DNA from: Macrostomum lignano
Lineage: Eukaryota
Assembly: GCA_002269645.1 (NCBI GenBank)
Contig: NIVC01001367.1
Coordinates: 1 to 64,000, forward strand
Length of the DNA stretch: 64,000 nt
Direction of reading: 5' to 3'
In this document: positions 46,905 to 59,344 of the stretch, one piece after another
How positions within the stretch are numbered: the first letter of the stretch is position 1
How the letters are laid out: the number at the start of each line of letters is the position of its first letter
The notes under the pieces: model-generated
Told to the model about the DNA's origin: nothing
What the model saw: the letters and a program-made list of their open reading frames with translations, nothing else
Databases searched by the model: none
Position numbers and translations under genes: made by a program

Positions 46905-47752
46905 GCTGGTGAGTTTATCCCCGCACTGCAGTGCAAGGCTGGTGAGTTTATCCCCGCACTGCAGTGCAAGGCTGGTGAGTTTATCCCGCACTGCAGTGCA
47001 AGGCTGGTGAGTTTATCCCGCACTGCAGTGCAAGGCTGGTGAGTTTATCCCGCACTGCAGTGCAAGGCTGGTGAGTTTATCCCGCACTGCAGTGCAAGGC
47101 TGGTGAGTTTATCCCGCACTGCAGTGCAAGGCTGGTGAGTTTATCCCGCACTGCAGTGCAAGGCTGGTGAGTTTATCCCGCACTGCAGTGCAAGGCTGGT
47201 GAGTTTATCCCCGCACTGCAGTGCAAGGCTGGTGAGTTTATCCCGCACTGCAGTGCAAGGCTGATGAGTTTATCCCGCACTGCAGTGCAAGGCTGGTGAG
47301 TTTATCCCGCACTGCACTGCAGTGCAAGGCTGGTGAGTTTATCCCGCACTGCAGTGCAAGGCTGGTGAGTTTATTGCAGTGCAAGGCTGGTGAGTTTATT
47401 GCAGTGCAAGGCTGGTGAGTTTATTGCAGTGCAAGGCTGGTGAGTTTATTGCAGTGCAAGGCTGGTGAGTTTATTGCAGTGCAAGGCTGGTGAGTTTATT
47501 GCAGTGCAAGGCTGGTGAGTTTATTGCAGTGCAAGGCTGGTGAGTTTATTGCAGTGCAAGGCTGGTGAGTTTATTGCAGTGCAAGGCTGGTGAGTTTATT
47601 GCAGTGCAAGGCTGGTGAGTTTATTGCAGTGCAAGGCTGGTGAGTTTATTGCAGTGCAAGGCTGGTGAGTTTATTGCAGTGCAAGGCTGGTGAGTTTATT
47701 GCAGTGCAAGGCTGGTGAGTTTATTGCAGTGCAAGGCTGGTGAGTTTATCCC
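46905..47752. repeat. 32-bp then 25-bp minisatellite
   Basis: GCAAGGCTGGTGAGTTTATCCCGCACTGCAGT switches to GCAAGGCTGGTGAGTTTATTGCAGT at about 47370. Confidence 0.95.
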
Positions 47753-48287
47753 GCACAAAGCTCCGTATGCTAAAAGCCCAGCTCAGCTGAGAAGCTTCTG
47801 TGCCGGTCGCTGCGAGCCCCGAGCACATCAGCTGCCGCGATCCGCGCTGCCACTTGCCTTCCCCACCCCCTGCCTGCTCTTAACTGAGGAGTGGCACAAG
47901 TGATGAGGCATAGAGGATTAAGGCATGAAACGGGCAGAGACTGGCTTTGGTTTGAGCTGCCTGCTCAGGCTTCTCGCCAGTCACTGCCGCTCTCCACCTC
48001 CCCTCTCATTCTTCCCAATCCTTGAGGCAAAGCCAACTGCTTCCGTGCCAAAGAAGGAAAGTTGATGACGGATCAATTACTGTGGGAGCCGCTTCCCGCC
48101 CAGCCTCCCGGCCTGCTGGGCTGCCCCTTAATTTCAGGGAAGGTCAGCGGGGGCTGCCGAATGCTAAAGTGAATTTGAGAGCCAAGCAGCGATCGGCTTG
48201 ATGAGGCCGGTCTGATGGCATTTGTCTGTTGCCAGCGGGTTCCTGGCAGATTTGCTGCCTACAGGGCAGTTCACTGCGGCTGCTCAC

Positions 48288-48388
48288 CTCCTCCTTGTGA
48301 AAGTTGTAGGCGCGCCAGCGGATGAAGTACCCAACCAGCAGCATGACGGCGGGCAGCACAAAGACCCCCAGACGCACGAACTGGATGT
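48288..48388 (-). CDS. TIR-2TM gene exon 5 (second TM helix)
   Basis: CCCGCAG|AC ... GAG|GTGAGC; YIQFVRLGVFVLPAVMLLVGYFIRWRAYNFHKEE; phases 1/0 fit the neighbouring exons. Confidence 0.78.
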
Positions 48389-48471
48389 CTGCGGGAGGGG
48401 GTGGTGGGTGCTCGGCGATGTGAGCAACGGCAATGCGAGCCGCAACGATTTGAGTTCAGCTCGGCGCTCAC

Positions 48472-48637
48472 ACTTGGCCGGCTTCCGCAGTAGCAGCAGC
48501 GCGCCCAGGATGGCCAAAATCCACAGCAGCAGCAGCGCCAGGAAGGCCAGCGAGGGCAGGCGGGAGAGGCGCCAGTCGAGGCGCTGACCGTCGCTGAAGA
48601 TGCACGACATCATGGCGTGCAGGTCCGCGGCGCTGAA
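48472..48637 (-). CDS. TIR-2TM gene exon 4 (first TM helix)
   Basis: CTCCAG|TTC ... AAGT|GTGAGC; FSAADLHAMMSCIF...LAFLALLLLWILAILGALLLLRKPAK. Confidence 0.78.
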
Positions 48638-48669
48638 CTGGAGTGGAGTGGCGGACCGGGGAGCTGGTT

Positions 48670-48843
<174 letters not shown>

Positions 48844-49554
48844 TATTGAGCAGGAACCCTTGTACAGTACAAGATGGCAAGGCTGGTCACCAAGGCATCA
48901 GATATTGATCATCCAGTGCTAATATTTTAGCAGCCGGCGCAGCTCCTTAATCTCATTAGTTGCGGATTAAATTTACAGCCCTCATGGCGGACTGACGAAG
49001 CCAATGGCCTCAGCTGGTGCACGGCGAATGTCTGCCGGACGGCCGGGGATTGCATAAACCGCATCCCCATCCCTATTTCACTCGCTTCATTTTCTCCTTG
49101 TCCCCATTACTCGGCCCAGCCCAGACTCCCTTCCCCAGCCAGTATCTGCCGCCTCGGCCTGCCCAGCATCCAGATGAGGGGGCTTGTCTGCAAGAGATGC
49201 TAGATCTGCATCGGGCATGCGGGATCCGCCTGTCCGTCTCCCCCGGCAGCCCCGGGTGCTGCATTGCAGCACTGAGCAGCCATCGCAGATGCCTGGCTGC
49301 TTGCCAGCCTCTCTCCTCTCCGCCTGCCCTCCCAGTTCCACATCTATCCATCTCCGAGAAAGCTGAGCGCTTTTAGCGAGCGGTGCTGAAGAGGCCAGTG
49401 GCGCAACAGCTCCCCGCCTCTGCCTCAGTTTTGGGGATTTGGATCTGAGCGGGGAGAGTGGGATGGGACAGACAGGAATTAGTTGACGGGAGAGCGGGTG
49501 AGAATGAAGGAGGGCGAGAGTGAGATGGAGTAGGATGGGACAGTGAGCCACAGA

Positions 49555-49855
49555 AGGAGACGGGATCCGCAGGGGAAGGTGCTGGGTCCTTCATCTGCAA
49601 GGGAAGGTGCTGGGTCCTTCATCTGCAGGGGAAGGTGCTGGGTCCTTCATCTGCAAGGGAAGGTGCTGGGTCCGGCATCTGCAATGGAAGGTGCTGGGTC
49701 CGGCATCTGCAGGAGAAGGTGCTGGGTCCGGCATCTGCAGGAGAAGGTGCTGGGTCCGGCATCTGCAGGGGAAGGTGCTGGGTCCGGGATCCGCAGGAGA
49801 AGGTGCTGGGTCCGGGATCCGCAGGAGAAGGTGCTGGGTCCGGGATCCCGAGTCC
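49555..49855. repeat. 28-bp minisatellite
   Basis: GCAGGAGAAGGTGCTGGGTCCGGCATCT variants starting just inside the donor end of intron 3. Confidence 0.93.
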
Positions 49856-49867
49856 CGAGCGGCTCAC

Positions 49868-50057
49868 GAAGGAGTCGACCAGGTCCACCGACGGCTGGTG
49901 CCTGGCGTGCTCCAGGGAGTGGCGGAACTCGGCCTGGCGCCCCACTGGCCGGTGAGGCGGCCCCTGGCCAACACCAGCAGGTGGCCGTTCTCGGAGCCTG
50001 CGGAGTGCGACATCACCGACCAGAGCGTCGTGGAGGAATCCGACAGCACGATGTTCT
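49868..50057 (-). CDS. TIR-2TM gene exon 3 (apparent 1-nt deletion at about 49940)
   Basis: CTCTCAG|AG ... TTC|GTGAGC; 190 nt, one short of a phase-consistent length. The codon bias shifts frame at a GGGG run (…GQWG then RQAEFRHSLEH…). Confidence 0.62.
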
Positions 50058-50148
50058 CTGAGAGGCGGAGGCGACAAGCTTCTCAATGAATTTCTTGTTT
50101 GTAAACACCATAAAACACAGAAGTTTGGAGCACAGTGCGCAGACTCAC

Positions 50149-50916
50149 CGTGCTTGAGCGTTAGCAGCAGGCGATCGAAGAAGTTGCGGTGGTTGGCGCT
50201 GAGCACAGTCAGCGGCTTGATGAGATCGGGCAGCTCGAGGGCGTCGCCCAGGGTGACGGGAATGATTTTTCGCTTCCGCTGGCCGGCGGGCGGGCAGGCG
50301 TGCTGCAGGGCGTCCTCGAGCTCCGGCCAGCTGTGGGTCACGAACTGGCCGCTGAGCACCAGGATGACGCGCTGGCTCAGCATCACCGAGCAGACGACGT
50401 TCTGGATGCGCGAGAAGGTCCGGTTGAAGTCGCGCATGTCGTAGCAGAGGCGGTAGCAGTAGGGCTCCGCCTCCAGCCGCTTCACGAGGCCCAGCGCCCA
50501 CTGCCTGTCCGAGGCGTGGTAGCAGACGAAGGCGTGGTACAGGTACTTCGGGTCCAGCGCGTGCGCGGGCTGGTGGACGTCCATCATGAGGATTACGGGG
50601 TCCGAGGCGATGGAGGAGCGGGCGGAGCGGCCAGAGTACTGCGAGAAGCTGCCGCGCTGCTGCAGCGGACCGGCAGGCGGAGGCACCGACAGCTGCACAC
50701 CGCCGCCGCCGCTGCCGCCGCTCATCGACTGCTGGGAGCGGCGGCGCCGGTCAGCGCTGCGGAGTTCCACCTGCAGCAGGTTGCTGGGGCTTCGCGATAA
50801 GACGGAGTCCGCCGCGGGCGCTGAGCTCGTTTCGAGGGCTGCGGCAGCGGCGGCGGCTGCAGCGGCGGTTGGCTGAAGGCTGGCATCGCAGTCGGTGCCG
50901 ACCAGGCAGTGGGTTT
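50149..50916 (-). CDS. TIR-2TM gene exon 2: low-complexity N-terminus plus TIR domain
   Basis: YHAFVCYH..DRQW, RLCYDMRDF, SQRVILVLSGQFVTHSWPELE, RKIIPVTL, LPDLIKPLT form a TIR fold; acceptor CCGCAG|AA and donor CACG|GTGAGT; 768 nt, phase 1/1. Confidence 0.88.
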
Positions 50917-50934
50917 CTGCGGGTTGAGAGAAGG

Positions 50935-51205
50935 GAAGGCTGGAGATGAGAACTGAAGGCTGGAGATGAGAAGTGAAGGCTGGAGATGAAAATTGAAGGC
51001 TGGAGATGAAAATTGAAGGCTGGAGATGAAAATTGAAGGCTGGAGATGAAAATTGAAGGCTGGAGATGAGAAGTGAAGGCTGGAGATGAGAAGTGAAGGC
51101 TGGAGATGAAAATTGAAGGCTGGAGATGAGAATTGAAGGCTAGAGATGAGAATTGAAGGCTGGAGATGAGAATTGAAGGTTGGGGATGAGAATTGAAGGC
51201 TGGAG
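50935..51205. repeat. 20-bp minisatellite (AGGCTGGAGATGAAAATTGA)
   Basis: About 13 copies abutting the exon 2 acceptor. Confidence 0.95.
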
Positions 51206-51744
51206 CTGAATAGTGGTTACAGCTCGTGCGTTGCATCCCTATAGATTCTATACCATACATGTAACAGCAGACATGCTAATGCCTCTTAAACCACAAACCC
51301 TCTCTGGCTCAATGCTAATTAGCAGATAAAATAAAGCAACTGGATGTGCTGAAGACCACCCGACTGGCTCCTTGGCTGCAGATTCCAATCGACTCAAAAC
51401 TCGACTCAGCGGGAAGTCGAGTTTTGCGCTCACCGAGCGGAGCTCAGAGCCGCCGCACTTTGTAAAAGTGCATTGCTTCTGTACTTTGAAATCCTGCAGT
51501 TCCACCTCACCCGCGGCTCTGCCCTCACCCCGGCTCTGCTGCCGGAGCAGGGAAGCCAAGGGTGCCGAGAATTGAATTTGCATGGAATTCTGCGCCTGCA
51601 GGTCTCTGCATGCCTGTCTGAGTGGCTGCCTCTGTCAGATGCGGCTGGCTGATTCAATCTTTTTTTTCCTGTTGACGCATTCAGCCTGACCGCCGCTGCT
51701 CTGCTCTTCCTTGACCGGCTCGGGCTGCTCGGGTGACGCCCCGC

Positions 51745-53135
51745 TCCCTGCTCGGGTGTGACTTCCCGCTCCCTGCTTGGGTGTGACTTCCCGCTCCCTG
51801 CTTGGGTGTGACTTCCCGCTCCCTGCTCGACTGACTTCCCGCTCCCTGCTTGGGTGTGACTTCCCGCTCCCTGCTCGGGTGTGACTTCCCGCTCCCTGCT
51901 TGGGTGTGACTTCCCGCTCCCTACTCGACTGACTTCCCGCTCCCTGCTTGGGTGTGACTTCCCGCTCCCTACTCGACTGACTTCCCGCTCCCTGCTTGGG
52001 TGTGACTTCCCGCTCCCTGCTCGGGTGTGACTTCCCGCTCCCTGCTTGGGTGTGACTTCCCGCTCCCTGCTCGGGTGTGACTTCCCGCTCCCTACTCGAC
52101 TGACTTCCCGCTCCCTGCTTGGGTGTGACTTCCCGCTCCCTGCTTGGGTGTGACTTCCCGCTCCCTACTCGACTGACTTCCCGCTCCCTGCTTGGGTGTG
52201 ACTTCCCGCTCCCTACTCGACTGACTTCCCGCTCCCTGCTTGGGTGTGACTTCCCGCTCCCTACTCGACTGACTTCCCGCTCCCTGCTCGACTGACTTCC
52301 CGCTCCCTGCTCGACTGACTTCCCGCTCCCTGCTTGGGTGTGACTTCCCGCTCCCTACTCGACTGACTTCCCGCTCCCTGCTTGGGTGTGACTTCCCGCT
52401 CCCTGCTTGGGTGTGACTTCCCGCTCCCTACTCGACTGACTTCCCGCTCCCTGCTTGGGTGTGACTTCCCGCTCCCTGCTTGGGTGTGACTTCCCGCTCC
52501 CTACTCGACTGACTTCCCGCTCCCTGCTTGGGTGTGACTTCCCGCTCCCTGCTTGGGTGTGACTTCCCGCTCCCTACTCGACTGACTTCCCGCTCCCTGC
52601 TTGGGTGTGACTTCCCGCTCCCTACTCGACTGACTTCCCGCTCCCTGCTTGGGTGTGACTTCCCGCTCCCTACTCGACTGACTTCCCGCTCCCTGCTTGG
52701 GTGTGACTTCCCGCTCCCTACTCGACTGACTTCCCGCTCCCTGCTTGGGTGTGACTTCCCGCTCCCTGCTTGGGTGTGACTTCCCGCTCCCTACTCGACT
52801 GACTTCCCGCTCCCTGCTTGGGTGTGACTTCCCGCTCCCTGCTTGGGTGTGACTTCCCGCTCCCTACTCGACTGACTTCCCGCTCCCTGCTTGGGTGTGA
52901 CTTCCCGCTCCCTGCTTGGGTGTGACTTCCCGCTCCCTACTCGATTGACTTCCCGCTCCCTGCTTGGGTGTGACTTCCCGCTCCCTGCTTGGGTGTGACT
53001 TCCCGCTCCCTGCTTGGGTGTGACCTCCCGCTCCCTACTCGAGTGACTTCCCGCTCCCTGCTCGAGTGACTTGCCGCTTCCTGCTCGGTTGACTTCCCGC
53101 TCCCTGCTCGAGTGACTTCCCGTTCCCTACTCGAG
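51745..53135. repeat. Composite 25/23-bp minisatellite
   Basis: CTTCCCGCTCCCTGCTTGGGTGTGA and CTTCCCGCTCCCTACTCGACTGA alternate in AB/AAB patterns. Confidence 0.95.
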
Positions 53136-53195
53136 TGACCCCCCGCTCCTTATTGCAGTTCACCCCGCTCTGCCGCAGGGACTGTCCCAGCTCAC

Positions 53196-53268
53196 CCTCC
53201 TCAATGTGGCTGAGCTCAAAGGCCCGATTGAAGAAGGCGGACTGCGAGCAGCGGAGCCGAGTGCTCAT
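53196..53268 (-). CDS. Candidate first coding exon of the TIR-2TM gene
   Basis: ATG at 53268; MSTRLRCSQSAFFNRAFELSHIEE; donor GAGG|GTGAGC is phase 1, matching the exon 2 acceptor. An alternative phase-1 candidate starts at 51583. Confidence 0.5.
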
Positions 53269-53819
53269 GACTGTGGCATCAGCAGGTGCTGCGGGAGCTG
53301 CTCAGCCGGTATGGATGCCTCATGCCTCCGCCCAGAGTCAGCAGTGAGACGCCTTGGCTGAGATGAAGCTGTTCTCAGACAGTGCTTTGCCAAAAGCAAC
53401 TGCTCGAATGGGATTAGACTGAGACCTCGGGAGGGCAGCGGCTGAGTATGCCATGCATGCATATCCCATGCGGACAGCCAGCCGGTCCCATAGGCCGAGG
53501 GCGCCTCGCCGAATCCCAGCCCCGCCCCGGCCGACCCGCCCGGATTCAACCTTCAACACCCGCTGCGCCGTCGCCACGCGATTTCCGTGCGTGCCGCTCG
53601 CCCGGAAGACAATTTCGATCGTTTTTTAGAACCGAATCGGATTTCAGACTCGGCTTTTATTGGCTTTTTAATCTGCTTCGAATGTCTCCGGATCAGCCCC
53701 CGTGCTGTCAGGCCAGAGCGTTTTAATTTACTGCCACAGCCGCTGCCTGCCTGCCCAGCCCTCATCTGCCCACCTCATCTGCGCCTCCTTTGCTTACTCC
53801 CTCTGAATTTATCCCAATT

Positions 53820-55050
53820 CTCTTTGATAGCATTCACCTACCTCCCCTCTCCCTCCCATAAGCCTCCCCCTCTCCCCTTCTCCCTCCCACTCAGCCTCCA
53901 CTATTTACTTCTCCCTCCCACTCAGCCTCCTTCTCTCCACTTCTCCCTCCCACTCAGCCTCCCCCTCTCCACTTCTCCCTCCAATTTGCCTCCCCCTCTC
54001 CCCTTCTCCCTCCAATTTGCCTCCCCCTCTCCACTTCTCCCTCCAATTTGCCTCCCCCTCTCCACTTCTCCCTCCAATTTGCCTCCCCCTCTCCCCTTCT
54101 CCCTCCAATTTGCCTCCCCCTCTCCACTTCTCCCTCCAATTTGCCTCCCCCTCTCCACTTCTCCCTCCAATTTGCCTCCCCCTCTCCACTTCTCCCTCCA
54201 ATTTGCCTCCCCCTCTCCACTTCTCCCTCCAATTTGCCTCCCCCTCTCCCTTCTCCCTCCAATTTGCCTCCCCTCTCCCCTTCTCCCTCCAATTTGCCTC
54301 CCCCTCTCCCCTTCTCCCTCCAATTTGCCTCCCCCTCTCCACTTCTCCCCCAATTTGCCTCCCCCTCTCCACTTCTCCCTCCCACTCAGCCTCCACTCTC
54401 CCCTTCTCCCTCCCACTCAGCCTCCCCCTCTCCACTTCTCCCCCCAATTTGCCTCCCCCTCTCCACTTCTCCCTCCCACTCAGCCTCCACTCTCCACTTC
54501 TCCCTCCCACTCAGCCTCCACTCTCCACTTCTCCCTCCCACTCAGCCTCCCCCTCTCCACTTCTCCCTCCCACTCTGCCTCCTCTCCACTTCTCCCTCCC
54601 ACTCAGCCTCCCCCTCTCCACTTCTCCCTCCCACTCAGCCCCCCTCTCCCTATCCCTCCCAATCAGCCTCTACTTCTCCACTTCTCCCTCCCACTCAGCC
54701 TCCCCCTCTCCACTTCTCCCTCATACTCAGCCTCTACTTCTTCCCTTCTCCCTCCCACTCTGCCTCCCCCTCTCCACTCTCCCCACTCAGTCTTCCCCTC
54801 TCCCCCCAATCTGCCTCCCCCACTCTACTCCTCCCTGTCCCTTTCTCTCTCCTCTCCTTTCTCTCAACTCTCTTTCTCTCCCTCTACTTCTCTCTTTCCC
54901 TTTTTCACCCCTCTCTTCTCTCCCCTCTTTTCCTCCCCACCCCTTTCTCTCCTGTCTTCCTCTCCTCCCATTTTTCTCCTTCCTTTCTCTCCCTGTCACT
55001 CCTTCCTCTCTAGCTTTCCCCATCTCCCAATTCTCCCCCCTCTCTCCCTC
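53820..55050. repeat. Polypyrimidine/polypurine minisatellite and low-complexity tract
   Basis: About 30-bp units such as CTCCAATTTGCCTCCCCCTCTCCACTTCTCC; the plus strand has very few G residues. Confidence 0.93.
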
Positions 55051-55146
55051 AGCTTCAGTGGCCGTGTCCAGATTGCTCAAATGAATTTTCAAAGCTCGGA
55101 TCGCCTTCGCCACCAAAGCGTCTTGGCTCTCAAAAGCGAGCATTGA

Positions 55147-55709
<563 letters not shown>

Positions 55710-56464
55710 TCCCATAGCCACTGCGTCTCCATCCTGCTCCCCTCTCCCCGGGAACACTTCCTGCTCAGCGGGGGACAGCGGGAAGTCACGTCCCGACCTC
55801 CGGCTCGGCGACTGCGTTCGGCGGCTCCCGAGACCGCAGATCCAACTCGCTGGCTCGGGCTTCATAATTCACAGGCAAGCGAGTTCGGGACCGCCCGGTC
55901 CCCAGAAACTGCCATTTCTGGCTCAGAATAGGAACGAAGCAGAAGAGCCGGGATCCCCTTTCTCGTATTCTTGGTAGGTGAGGCAAAGTTTTCTTAATTA
56001 ATTCTCATGCAAAATGTGGATCGAGGAGGCTGGGCAGCCGTAGCGATGAGGCATGCGAACTCGGAGTTGCCTGAAACCCGCTTTCAACAAACGCACGCCC
56101 TGAAAAGCGTATGAAAAGACAAAGAGCCTCTGCAGGCTCCCCAGGCTTCGCTGCTCTGGCAGAGTCAGCCTCGTGCCCTTGCATTCCTCTTTTTACCCAG
56201 CTCGAATTTATTTAGCAGTAAAGAAGTACTAGAATGCCAGCTTTATACTACTGACTTGACACGAAGTAAGTAGCGAGGCACGCGTTTTGAGCCTATGGTA
56301 TTAATATTAGAGCTTAAAACCGAGCCCTGCTGGAATGCAGAAGCCGGGAAATTTTCTCAACAGGACTCTGCAGACCTTGAAGTGGGCATTTCACACACGA
56401 GCTCGGCAAGCGGAAGCGAAATAAATTAATAACTTGATGTACTTGTTAATCTAAGGCTTGCTGC

Positions 56465-57063
56465 AGGCTCAAGGACTTCTAATTCAATCCTCTCTGTAGC
56501 GACATCTGTCAGGCTCAAGGACTTCTAATTCAATCCTCTCTGTAGCGACATCTGTCAGGCTCAAGGACTTCTAATTCAATCCTCTCTGTAGCGACATCTG
56601 TCAGGCTCAAGGACTTCTAATTCAATCCTCTCTGTAGCGACATCTGTCAGGCTCAAGGACTTCTAATTCAATCCTCTCTGTAGCGACATCTGTCAGGCTC
56701 AAGGACTTCTAATTCAATCCTCTCTGTAGCGACATCTGTCAGGCTCAAGGACTTCTAATTCAATCCTCTCTGTAGCGACATCTGTCAGGCTCAAGGACTT
56801 CTAATTCAATCCTCTCTGTAGCGACATCTGTCAGGCTCAAGGACTTCTAATTCAATCCTCTCTGTAGCGACATCTGTCAGGCTCAAGGACTTCTAATTCA
56901 ATCCTCTCTGTAGCGACATCTGTCAGGCTCAAGGACTTCTAATTCAATCCTCTCTGTAGCGACATCTGTCAGGCTCAAGGACTTCTAATTCAATCCTCTC
57001 TGTAGCGACATCTGTCAGGCTCAAGGACTTCTAATTCAATCCTCTCTGTAGCGACATCTGTCA
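56465..57063. repeat. 46-bp minisatellite, 13 apparently identical copies
   Basis: TCAGGCTCAAGGACTTCTAATTCAATCCTCTCTGTAGCGACATCTG. Confidence 0.97.
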
Positions 57064-57539
57064 GCTACTTTCAGCTGCCCAGAAGAAGAGAGGTAGGCGG
57101 TCACGCTCCCACGGTCAAGTGGACTGGTGCTCTTAGAAGCCTCTATAACAAGATGCTAAAGTTTCACAGCAGGCCCAGTTAATGTCAGCCAGAGGCATGT
57201 ATAGCCTCCTGTTCCACTTACAGCCTCAGGAAGGCTGCACAGGTCCTGCAGGCAGGCAGATGGCGGGCTGCAGATAAACTGCGCTAAACACAGGATATGC
57301 CAGTGGAGAGGGGGCGCACGCAGCCGCAGCCACTCTGCAAGGCATTTTCACTGCTGCGCCAGTGTGCAAGGCAGGAGTGCAGCCAACGTGCGCACTCGGA
57401 CAAAACAGCATCAATAAGGTTGATGTACTTCATCATCACAGCCCCCCCCCGGGCAGCCACCCCACTCCCCCGCCCCGCCTGCCTACAAAGCCCGCTCGCA
57501 GCTGCAGCCGCCTATCGCTCTCAGAAAGCGCCAAGCAAA

Positions 57540-59189
57540 ATGCCGTTTCCGCAGCGAGTGGTGCAGCCGGTGGCCGTGACCCAAACCAGCGACCCGCTGC
57601 CCAAGTCGCAGGACCTCACATTAACCAACAATGTGACACTGAGCAACCTGCTCAGCCAGATGAGCTGCATCAGCGCCCAGGCCAGCGGCATCTTCAGCGG
57701 CCTGGCCAGCGAAATGCAGCAGCTGGTGGGGCGAACCCGAAAGCTCGCGAGCAAAGCGGAGCGCCTCGGCTCCCGGGTGGAGCGGCTGGTGCGGGACCAG
57801 GACCCGCCCCCCATCGACCGGCCGGAGACCTTCGCCTCCCGCCAGGCCACGGAGCAGGGCCTGCTGACGCCCAGCGCCCAGCCAGACTCCGTGCGCAGCC
57901 TGCGGGCCGCCGCCGAGCCCGCGCCAGCGCTAGACGGCCTGGACCAACTGCGCGACGATGACCGCAAAGGCATGAGTCTGTACTCAGACCCCGAGTTCTT
58001 CTTCCGGCTGTGGGCGCAGCAGATGCTGGACCAGGCGGCCAAGTTGGCCAAGCAGCGGCCGGAGGGGGCGGGCGCCGCTGGCCGGGGCGGCAAACGGCAG
58101 AACCGGAAGAAGCGCAAGAAGCCGCGCCAAGTGGCGAAGCCGAACTACGAGGCCATGAAGCACGGCGTGGAGTTCGCGCCCGTCCAGAGCTCGCAGCCGG
58201 CCATCGAGGCGCCGGAGCCGACCAGCGAGGACGAGTACCTGGACCTCGTCACCAAGGAGGCCCCCAGCAGGGCCGCGGCTGCTCCGACCGTCTCCGTGCC
58301 GGTGACTCAGCCTCGGCACTGGGAGGAGGCTGAGGCGGTGGAGGAGGAAGAAGGCGAGTACCTGGACCTGCTGGGCCAGGGGGCCGCCACTCTGCCGCCT
58401 CCTCCGCCGCCGCCGCTAATGGGGGAGGTTTCGGACGGGGGACTGCGCGGCAGTCCGTCGCCACCACCACCGCCACCGCCGCCGCCGCCGCCGCCGCCAC
58501 CGCCGCCAGCGCCGCCGGCGCCGTTGCAGTCAGGAGGACTTGGCGATGAGTGTCTGCCGCCTCCGTCGCCTCCGCCGCCGCCACCGCCACCGGCGCCGCA
58601 GCCGCTAATTTCAGGAGCTGGTGATGGCAATGGAATGCCGCCGCCTCCACCGCCGCCACCTCCGCCGTCGCCGCCGCCTCCTCCGGTGCCGCGAACACCA
58701 GGACCGAGAGCGGCTGCCGCGACCTCGCCGCAATCACCGCCGTCGCCTCCAGCGCAGCAGGCGACGCCGAGAGCTCCGACAACGACCGGAGCGCCCCCGC
58801 CGCCGCCACCGCCGCCTCCGCCGCCTCCACCACCGCCACCTCCATCTGGCGCGGCTGGCGCTGCGGGGCCGCCTTCAGGGAGCGGCGGAGCGCCGACAGC
58901 CGCCTCGCTGACCTCGGCGCGGCTCAAGCCGGTGAGCAAGGAGCAGCAGCAGAGGCAGCCGGAGGCCGGGTCCACCAGCGGCCTGCTGGAGCAGATCCGC
59001 CAGGGCATCCAACTGAAGAAGGCGGCCGTCCAGACCGGCAAGACGGCCGCAAAGAATAAAATTTCTTCGGGCGCCTGCGACGTCCAGGCCATCTTCGACG
59101 CCATCACCAGCATCCGGCCGCACATGGTCAAGGCGGACTCCGACGAGTCGGAGGACAGCGACTCGCCTGGCGCCTGGGACTCGGACTGA
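57540..59189 (+). CDS. WASF: WAVE/SCAR (WASP-family verprolin-homologous) protein, about 549 aa, single coding exon
   Basis: WHD: MPFPQRVVQP...TNNVTLSNLLSQMS...IFSGLASE...YSDPEFFFRLWAQQML; basic stretch; polyproline; WH2 GLLEQIRQGIQLKK; central DVQAIFDAI..IR; acidic end with Trp (GAWDSD). Acceptor CTCTCAG lies 15 nt before the ATG. Confidence 0.92.
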   Translation: MPFPQRVVQPVAVTQTSDPLPKSQDLTLTNNVTLSNLLSQMSCISAQASGIFSGLASEMQQLVGRTRKLASKAERLGSRVERLVRDQDPPPIDRPETFASRQATEQGLLTPSAQPDSVRSLRAAAEPAPALDGLDQLRDDDRKGMSLYSDPEFFFRLWAQQMLDQAAKLAKQRPEGAGAAGRGGKRQNRKKRKKPRQVAKPNYEAMKHGVEFAPVQSSQPAIEAPEPTSEDEYLDLVTKEAPSRAAAAPTVSVPVTQPRHWEEAEAVEEEEGEYLDLLGQGAATLPPPPPPPLMGEVSDGGLRGSPSPPPPPPPPPPPPPPPPAPPAPLQSGGLGDECLPPPSPPPPPPPPAPQPLISGAGDGNGMPPPPPPPPPPSPPPPPVPRTPGPRAAAATSPQSPPSPPAQQATPRAPTTTGAPPPPPPPPPPPPPPPPPSGAAGAAGPPSGSGGAPTAASLTSARLKPVSKEQQQRQPEAGSTSGLLEQIRQGIQLKKAAVQTGKTAAKNKISSGACDVQAIFDAITSIRPHMVKADSDESEDSDSPGAWDSD

Positions 59190-59344
59190 GCGGCTGAGCA
59201 GCGGCCGGGACTCTCCAGTGTTCTGGACTGGCAAATGTTTGTTATTGACACGGCAGTAACTGCTGCAGATCACTAGGGGTGGAGATAAAGTACATCTCGC
59301 CATTTGATTACATACCTAAGCTTCGCTTACGCTATATACAGCTC

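Noticed and set aside
49619-50148. C-terminal part of the 383-aa TIR ORF as given in the track
   Set aside because: It runs through a GT-AG intron (50148-50058) and into a minisatellite; the spliced model fits better.
53587-55146. 519-aa Pro/Ser/Leu-rich ORF (extensin-like)
   Set aside because: Open only because the pyrimidine tract lacks stop codons in every frame.
56465-57063. Perfect 46-bp repeats resembling CRISPR direct repeats
   Set aside because: No spacers; a simple tandem array in the WAVE 5' intron.
57297-57539. N-terminal extension of WAVE from the ORF track
   Set aside because: Homology begins at MPFPQR (57540), and a splice acceptor lies just upstream.
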